Of a DNA stretch of 64,000 nt, positions 57,892-64,000 are shown one piece after another. The notes under the pieces are model-generated. The model saw only the letters and a list, made by a program, of their open reading frames with translations, had not been told where the DNA came from and did not search any database. Location of the stretch: NCBI GenBank assembly GCA_963796455.1, contig CAWCLO010000005.1, positions 128,001 through 192,000 of the forward strand, written 5' to 3'. Both the position numbers and the translations under genes were made by a program. Source of the DNA: Candidatus Sulfomarinibacteraceae bacterium (GTDB lineage: Bacteria; Acidobacteriota; Thermoanaerobaculia; Thermoanaerobaculales; Sulfomarinibacteraceae). Each line of letters opens with the position of its first letter. The stretch's first letter is position 1.

Positions 57892-58905
57892 ATGGATCTC
57901 AACATTCTCTGGTTCGGACTGATCGGCGTGCTCTTTGTAGGGTTCTTCTTCCTCGAGGGCTTTGACTACGGGGTCGGCATCCTGTTGCCCTTCCTGGGCA
58001 AAAGCGACATCGAGCGCCGGATGATCGTCAATACCATCGGACCGGTCTGGGATGGCAACGAAGTGTGGATGATCACGGCGGGCGGCGCGATCTTTGCCGC
58101 CTTCCCACACTGGTACGCGACTCTCTTTTCGGGCTTCTATATCGCCCTGGTGCTGATGCTCCTCGCACTGATCGTGCGGGGCGTCTCCTTCGAGTTTCGT
58201 TCGAAGATGGAGGACCCGCGCTGGCGACGATTGTGGGACACGTGCATTTTCTTCGGCAGCGCGATCCCGGCGTTGCTGTGGGGCGTGGCGATGGCCAATC
58301 TGGTGCGCGGGGTGCCGATCGATGCCGAGATGAACTATGTCGGTGGATTCTTCAATCTCCTCAACCCCTACGCACTGATTGCGGGTCTTGCCTCACTTAC
58401 CGTTTTCATTTTGCACGGGGCCACATTCCTGACCCTCAAACTCGGTGGTGAGATGGCCGACCGGGCACGGCGGGCGGCCAGGGTCGCGTTTTATCCGGCG
58501 GCGCTCTTTCTCTTCCTTTTTGTAGTCGGCACCTACTGGATGACCGATGTTCACGAACGGATCGGACTCAACCCGGGTGTGGTGCCGGTGACGGCGGTGA
58601 TCGCCCTGTTTGCGACTCGCTGGACGATCGCCAGCCGCCGCGACGGTTGGAGCTTCATTCTGACCGCCATCGCGGTGATATTCGCCACGGTGACGATCTT
58701 TATCGCTCTCTTCCCGCGGGTCATGGTCTCGAGTCTCGATCCGACGTGGAGCCTGACGATCTACAACGCCTCGTCGAGCCCCTACACCCTCAAGGTGATG
58801 AGCATCGTGGCGGTTCTCCTGGTGCCGGTGGTGTTGGTTTACCAGGCATGGACCTACTGGACCTTCCGGCAACGCATCACCCCGGAATCTCATCTGGAAT
58901 ACTGA
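57892..58905 (+). CDS. cydB: Cytochrome bd quinol oxidase subunit II
   Basis: LEGFDYGVG, GPVWDGNEVW, RGVSFEFR, NASSS.YTL. Confidence 0.96.
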   Translation: MDLNILWFGLIGVLFVGFFFLEGFDYGVGILLPFLGKSDIERRMIVNTIGPVWDGNEVWMITAGGAIFAAFPHWYATLFSGFYIALVLMLLALIVRGVSFEFRSKMEDPRWRRLWDTCIFFGSAIPALLWGVAMANLVRGVPIDAEMNYVGGFFNLLNPYALIAGLASLTVFILHGATFLTLKLGGEMADRARRAARVAFYPAALFLFLFVVGTYWMTDVHERIGLNPGVVPVTAVIALFATRWTIASRRDGWSFILTAIAVIFATVTIFIALFPRVMVSSLDPTWSLTIYNASSSPYTLKVMSIVAVLLVPVVLVYQAWTYWTFRQRITPESHLEY

Positions 58906-58928
58906 GTTCCGGATATGCGCCGAATTCG

Positions 58929-58958
58929 ACCGGGGAGGCGGGCCTCCCCGGTTTTTTT
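58929..58958 (+). terminator. Intrinsic terminator after cydB
   Basis: ACCGGGGAGGC / GCCTCCCCGGT stem followed by a T run. Confidence 0.85.
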
Positions 58959-58991
58959 GATCCGAATCAGATCTCTGAATCCAACCGTCGT

Positions 58992-60746
58992 ATGCTGATG
59001 TCGATGCAGCTTGACCGGCGGCTTTTTGAACTCGCCGCGAACCAGGGTGCACCGCTCGGTGGTGCAGTGGCCCTTGGCGGCCTCGGCGGAATCGTTATCG
59101 TGGCCCAGGCGTGGCTCCTGGCGCAGGTGATCGCGTCCGTTTTCATTGCCGGCGCGGATCGCGCGGACGTCACCTTGCCGTTGATCCTCTTGCTCGTGGC
59201 CGCGGGGCTGCGGGCGCTGCTGTCCTGGCTTGCAGACGGTTTTGGTGCCGAAGCGGCGGCCAGGGTCAAACATGAAATCCGCTCGAGGGCCTTTGCCCAC
59301 CTCCTCGATCGAGGGCCCCTCGAAGCGGGCGGGGAACGAACCGGTGAGCTGGTCGCGACACTGACCGATGGGGTCGAGGCCCTTGATGCCTACGTCGCAC
59401 GCTATCTGCCCCAACTCGCGCTGGCGGCGGTGATTCCGCTCACGGTGGCGGCGGTGGTGCTCAGCCGCGATCTGCTCTCCGGATTCATTTTGTTGCTGAC
59501 CGCTCCCTTGATCCCAGTGTTTATGGTGCTCATCGGGCGACTCGCTGAAGGACGGGCCCAGCGGCAATGGGTTTTGATGGGCAGGTTGAGCGCGTTGTTC
59601 CTCGATACGATCCAGGGACTGGCGACGATCAAGATCTTCGGCCGGTCGCGGGAACAGCAAGAGGCCGTCCAGAAGGCCGGCGAGGCCTTTCGTGCCTCGT
59701 CGATGTCGGTGCTCCGCATCGCGTTCCTGTCGGCGCTCGTGCTCGAGCTTGTCGCCACCCTGAGCGTGGCGGTGGTTGCGGTGGAGGTCGGTCTCCGCCT
59801 GCTCCATGGGAGGCTCGCCTTCGAAGAGGCCTTTTTCGTATTGCTCCTCGCGCCCGAGTTCTATCTTCCACTCCGGCGCCTTGGCGGCGAGTTTCACGCC
59901 GGTCTGGCGGGAATCACGGCTGCCGACCGGCTCTTTGCCCTGATCGGCACTCCGGTCCGAAGCGCGACCCTGGGCGCCACTTCCCCGATGCCGCGGCAAC
60001 CGTCGATCGTGCTCGAAGACCTTTCCTATGACTACCCCGGCGCCGAACCGGAGGGCGCAGACCGCTGCGGCCTGAAGAGGGTGGATCTTTCGATCGAATA
60101 CGGCGAGAGGATTGCTGTTGTGGGGCCGTCGGGGGCCGGAAAGAGCACCTTGGCGGCGGTTCTTCTGCGCTTTGCCAAACCGACGGGAGGGCGCCTTCTG
60201 GCCGACGGAATCGAGAGCGAAACCATCGATCCGGAAGACTGGCGCCGTTCCTTTGCCTGGGTTCCACAGCGCCCCCATCTCTTCGCCGACACAATTGCCA
60301 ACAATATTCGTTTTGCCAGGGCCGGGGCCTCCGATCAGGATCTTTTGGTAGCTGCCCGGCGGGCTCGGGCAGACGGATTCATCGATGACCTGCGCGAGGG
60401 TTATGACTCGCAAGTGGGGGAGGGCGGTGCCCGGCTCAGCGGAGGCCAGGCGCAACGCCTTGCTCTCGCCCGGGCCTTTGTCGCCGATGCGGAGATCCTG
60501 GTTCTCGACGAACCGTCTTCCGACCTCGATCCCCGCCTCCAGTTCGAGATCGACGAGACCCTGGATGCCTACCTGCCGGGGAGATCCGCAGTCATCATCG
60601 CCCACCGCATTCCGACCGTCCTCAAGGCCGACCGGGTGGTGGTGATAGACGGCGGCAGGGTGGTCGATGTCGGCCCGCACGACAAGCTCCTCCAACGCTG
60701 CGCCCTCTATCGTCGACTGGTGAGTTCCTACGGAGGTGGCGATTGA
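58992..60746 (+). CDS. cydD: Thiol/heme ABC exporter subunit CydD
   Basis: Y.ARYLPQ, PLIP.FM.LIG, LR.AFLS..VLE, LAPEFY.PLR.LG..FHA, GPSGAGKS, LSGGQ; start 58992-59004. Confidence 0.92.
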   Translation: MLMSMQLDRRLFELAANQGAPLGGAVALGGLGGIVIVAQAWLLAQVIASVFIAGADRADVTLPLILLLVAAGLRALLSWLADGFGAEAAARVKHEIRSRAFAHLLDRGPLEAGGERTGELVATLTDGVEALDAYVARYLPQLALAAVIPLTVAAVVLSRDLLSGFILLLTAPLIPVFMVLIGRLAEGRAQRQWVLMGRLSALFLDTIQGLATIKIFGRSREQQEAVQKAGEAFRASSMSVLRIAFLSALVLELVATLSVAVVAVEVGLRLLHGRLAFEEAFFVLLLAPEFYLPLRRLGGEFHAGLAGITAADRLFALIGTPVRSATLGATSPMPRQPSIVLEDLSYDYPGAEPEGADRCGLKRVDLSIEYGERIAVVGPSGAGKSTLAAVLLRFAKPTGGRLLADGIESETIDPEDWRRSFAWVPQRPHLFADTIANNIRFARAGASDQDLLVAARRARADGFIDDLREGYDSQVGEGGARLSGGQAQRLALARAFVADAEILVLDEPSSDLDPRLQFEIDETLDAYLPGRSAVIIAHRIPTVLKADRVVVIDGGRVVDVGPHDKLLQRCALYRRLVSSYGGGD

Positions 60747-62491
60747 GACTGCTCGCCAGGCTTCTCCGCCTCATCCTCCCGGATGCGGGCAAAGTCGCGC
60801 TTGCCGCTTCTTTGGGGATCGCCACAGTCGCCAGTGGCGTCGGGCTGATGGGGACGGCCGCCTATCTCATCGCCAGTGCGGCCCTCCATCCGTCGATCGC
60901 CGAACTTCAGGTCGCCATCGTCGGAGTTCGCTTCTTCGGCCTCAGCCGAGGGGTCTTCCGCTACCTCGAGCGGCTGGCCTCCCACCGCCTGACTCTGGAT
61001 CTCCTCGGCCGCTTCCGCGTGTGGTTCTATCAGGCACTGGAGCCGTTGGCGCCGGCCCAGACTCTCGAATTCGAGAGCTCGGATCTGCTCACTCGGGCCG
61101 TCAACGATGTGGAGACATTGCAGGGGCTCTATCTACGGGTCGTTGCGCCGCCGATAGTGGCGCTCGTCGTGGCTCTCGGGACGACGGGATTCATCGCCAC
61201 CTATGCCCCGCTTCCGGCGGCGGGGTTCATCCTGGTTTACAGTTTCGCCTGCATTGGAATTCCGGTGGCGGTCAGCCGAATAGATCGACCGGTCGGTCTC
61301 CGTCTTGCTGTCGCCCGGGCCGGGCTTGCCGCCGCGGTCGTCGACGGCGTACAGGGTATGGCGGATCTGCTCGCGAACGGCAGGGCCGAAGCGCACAAGA
61401 AATCCCTGAACGCGCTCTCGCTCCGGCTCGTTCGGGATCGCGTCAGGGTCGCTCGCGTCGAGGCCTTTGCATCCGCGGCGACCACCTTTCTGACCCATCT
61501 CGCCGTCTTCGTGGTGCTGGTTGTCAGCATCCCTTTGGTCCGGCAAGGCCTCTTGGACGGGGTCGGATTGGCCGTCATCAGCCTGGTGGCCATGGCTGCT
61601 TTCGAGGCCGTCCACCCCTTGCCCATTGCTGTCGGTCACCTTGTCGAGCAGCTTGCTGCGGCGCGACGGGTCTTTGCGGTCATCGACTCGACCCCGGCCG
61701 TCGCCGAGGCTCGAAATACCGTTTGTTTTTCTGCGGTGTCCGATCGAGCCCTGCTCGAAGTCCGCGACTTGAGCTTCACCTATCCGGGCGCTTCACGGCC
61801 GGCCCTCGACGGGCTCGATCTGGAGCTCCCGGTGGGCGGACGACTGGCGGTAGTCGGTCCCTCGGGTGCCGGGAAGTCCACCCTCGCCATGCTGTTGTTG
61901 CGTTTCTGGGATCCGTCCTTCGGCAAGATTGTTCTCGCAGGCGAAGAGCTGCGACGATACGGCCTTGATGACCTGCGACAGCAGATTGCTGTTCTTTCGC
62001 AGACCACCGATCTGTTCACCGGGACCATTCGCGAAAATCTCTTGTTGGCGGCGCCGGACGCCAACCAGGAGGAACTGGAAGAAGTCGCTGAGGATGCCGA
62101 GATCCTCGAGTCCATTCGGGGATTCCCCGATGGTTGGAACACGTGGATCGGCGAGCACGGTCTTCGCCTTTCCGAAGGGCAAAGAAGGAGGGTGGCGATC
62201 GCTCGGGTGCTGCTTCGGGATCCCCGGTTGCTCGTGCTCGACGAACCCACGGCGGGCCTCGATCCGGTCACCGAGTCGCACCTGCTCCGATCACTTCGCC
62301 GCCTCACTTCCGGCCGGACGGCGATCCACATCACCCACCGTCTGATCGAAATGGAAGAGATGGATCAGATTCTCGTGCTCGATCGAGGGCGGGTCATCGA
62401 GCTGGGTCGGCATGAAGAACTTCTCGGTCGTGACGGTCTTTACCGGCAGCTCCACGATTCCCAGAATCTCACCCTCCGGACTGTCGTGTGA
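60743..62491 (+). CDS. cydC: Thiol/heme ABC exporter subunit CydC
   Basis: VRFFGLSR...RYLERL.SH, GPSGAGKS, LDEPT.GLD. Confidence 0.92.
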   Translation: MRLLARLLRLILPDAGKVALAASLGIATVASGVGLMGTAAYLIASAALHPSIAELQVAIVGVRFFGLSRGVFRYLERLASHRLTLDLLGRFRVWFYQALEPLAPAQTLEFESSDLLTRAVNDVETLQGLYLRVVAPPIVALVVALGTTGFIATYAPLPAAGFILVYSFACIGIPVAVSRIDRPVGLRLAVARAGLAAAVVDGVQGMADLLANGRAEAHKKSLNALSLRLVRDRVRVARVEAFASAATTFLTHLAVFVVLVVSIPLVRQGLLDGVGLAVISLVAMAAFEAVHPLPIAVGHLVEQLAAARRVFAVIDSTPAVAEARNTVCFSAVSDRALLEVRDLSFTYPGASRPALDGLDLELPVGGRLAVVGPSGAGKSTLAMLLLRFWDPSFGKIVLAGEELRRYGLDDLRQQIAVLSQTTDLFTGTIRENLLLAAPDANQEELEEVAEDAEILESIRGFPDGWNTWIGEHGLRLSEGQRRRVAIARVLLRDPRLLVLDEPTAGLDPVTESHLLRSLRRLTSGRTAIHITHRLIEMEEMDQILVLDRGRVIELGRHEELLGRDGLYRQLHDSQNLTLRTVV

Positions 62492-62533
62492 TCACGAGAA
62501 GGGGGCTCTGGCAAGAAGAGCGTCCAAAATGGT

Positions 62534-63235
62534 TCAGATTTCCGAGACGTCGACCCGATCCGCGACGTTGATCGCCCCCGATTGATAATCGGTGCGGTAA
62601 GCAAAGACCTCGACACCGTTGCTGGCAGCCCGTCGCAGTTCCTCGGCATAGGCGGGATCGATGTCTGCGGCAGGGGCGAATGTTGAACCATCCGAGCGCT
62701 GGATGATGAAAAGCATCACGGCGCGGTCGCCCCGGAGCACCATTTGCTGGAGTTCTCGAAGGTGTTTGCGTCCGCGTTCGGTGACGGCGTCAGGGAAGGC
62801 ATAACGTCCTTGATCGTCCACCAGGGTCACATTCTTGACCTCGACCCAACAGGGATTGTCCGTTCCTTCGAGCAGGATATCGATGCGGCTCGAGGATCCG
62901 TAGGACACCTCTCGACGAAGCGAGTCGTAACCGCACAGTTCGGGGATCGCGCCCCCTTCGATGGCCTCCACGGCGAGGATATTGGCGAGGTGGGTGTTGA
63001 TGCCGATCCAGCAGCGGCCGTTGTGCACCATCTCCCAGGTCAGCGGGTATTTGCGTTTGGGGTTGCCGCTTTGACTCAGGAGAACCGGCCACCGATCGCC
63101 GAGACAACCGCGCATGGATCCCGTGTTTGGACAGTGCACGGTCACGGTTGATCCGTCCTCCAACTCCACATCCGCCAGAAACCGTTTGTAGCGGCGAAGC
63201 AGTACCCCGGGCAACAATTCGTGATCAAAATTCAT
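62534..63235 (-). CDS. sfsA: DNA/RNA nuclease SfsA
   Basis: RYKRFLADV, HCPNTGSM, SRID, EVKNVT, FPDAVT.RG.KHL.EL. Confidence 0.95.
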   Translation of the reverse strand: MNFDHELLPGVLLRRYKRFLADVELEDGSTVTVHCPNTGSMRGCLGDRWPVLLSQSGNPKRKYPLTWEMVHNGRCWIGINTHLANILAVEAIEGGAIPELCGYDSLRREVSYGSSSRIDILLEGTDNPCWVEVKNVTLVDDQGRYAFPDAVTERGRKHLRELQQMVLRGDRAVMLFIIQRSDGSTFAPAADIDPAYAEELRRAASNGVEVFAYRTDYQSGAINVADRVDVSEI

Positions 63236-63479
63236 GGCAAATGCAGCTCGCGTCCGCAAATATTACACCGGGGGGGGAGACGCGGTGTAACAGAATGTGG
63301 ACCGAGACCGATGCGAGGAGGTCGAGCCACCATGTCGGCGGACGCCCTCTCGTCGTTTTGAAAGAGTGAGCCCGAGCGCAAGTGCCTGTTCGAGCCTGAA
63401 GAACGTCAGCGCTCGGGTGTTGAGTTGACCCTTGCGTTCAAAGAACCGAGTCATATTGAATCCAGCCGATTATGGGATC

Positions 63480-64000
63480 ATGGTGCCCGTGAACTCACTG
63501 GTGGCCTTGTTCCGGCGTCGCGCCTGTTGGATCGTGTTTGCTGTTCTCGCTGTGTTGATCGTGGGAATACGCTGGAATTACCGTTTCGAGCCCCTGGAGC
63601 GCGACATCACGGCCTACGCAGTCATCGGTCAAGAGCTGCTGACCGGGCGGCCGCTCTATTCCGATTTGTGGGACCACAAGCCCCCCGGCGTTCATTTGAT
63701 TTTTGCCGGGGCGACGGCGATTGTCGGTCCCGGGGTGCCTGCCGTTCTTCTGGTCAATGTGGTCCTGTCGCTCGCCCTCCTGGGAGCCCTGATGATGGCC
63801 GCCAGGGCGATTGGTGGCTCCCGTTGCGCAATCATCTGCGGAGTACTGTGGACATTTGTCGGTGGTGATCTCGGCCTCCAGGCGAACCAGCCGAACGTCG
63901 AGTTGGCCATCAACCTCTGTATCGCATTGGCGCTCTCGATTTCGTTGCTCCCGCAATCGCGAAAGACCGGCCGGGTGCCCGCAGTCACTGGTTTGTTGAC
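63480..64000 (+). CDS. GT-C (PMT/ArnT-like) membrane glycosyltransferase, 5' part only
   Basis: Absent from the ORF track because it runs off the end; translates MVPVNS...EPLERDITAYAVIG..LL.G..LYSDLWDHKPPG. Confidence 0.75.
   Translation, partial: MVPVNSLVALFRRRACWIVFAVLAVLIVGIRWNYRFEPLERDITAYAVIGQELLTGRPLYSDLWDHKPPGVHLIFAGATAIVGPGVPAVLLVNVVLSLALLGALMMAARAIGGSRCAIICGVLWTFVGGDLGLQANQPNVELAINLCIALALSISLLPQSRKTGRVPAVTGLL

Noticed and set aside
63263..63454. 63 aa minus-strand ORF upstream of sfsA
   Set aside because: No family features; the region is better explained as structured non-coding sequence.
1..64000. rRNA, tRNA, transposase, integrase, reverse transcriptase or anti-phage defence genes
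   Set aside because: None recognised by eye; divergent small RNAs could be missed without a covariance search.

Overview
This is a GC-rich, gene-dense bacterial chromosomal segment. Gene content suggests a sulfur-cycling Acidobacteriota (Thermoanaerobaculia-like) genome, which is an inference. The first 18 kb hold a dissimilatory sulfite reductase cluster (dsrB-dsrD-ferritin-like-dsrL-dsrN-HEAT-TPR-dsrC-dsrT-dsrMKJOP), then a CoA-persulfide reductase/rhodanese fusion, a YeiH-family exporter and siroheme synthase. Next come a sigma54 two-component system with a porin, rmlACB, a GntR(YtrA)-ABC operon, a DtxR/MntR-regulated Tro-type metal ABC operon, ribH-nusB, a signalling region (DUF4388 protein, degenerate FHA-AAA+ regulator, Ser/Thr kinase), dnaJ, a def/nucleotide-metabolism operon, ptsN-like, acpP-fabF, ClC, etfBA, cydABDC, sfsA and a truncated GT-C glycosyltransferase. 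I saw no rRNA, tRNA, CRISPR array or transposase. The most unusual signals are non-coding. At least eight intergenic sites carry 6-8 bp tandem-repeat arms, usually as inverted pairs and sometimes nested around cargo. A ~250 bp composite element with a REP-like core occurs three times. Also notable: an apparently circularly permuted FliD-like domain inserted in the YeiH exporter, a doubly degenerate FHA/AAA+ regulator, two candidate structured RNAs, and two +1 G frameshifts that may be sequencing errors. All family calls come from motif recognition by eye; no database search was run.
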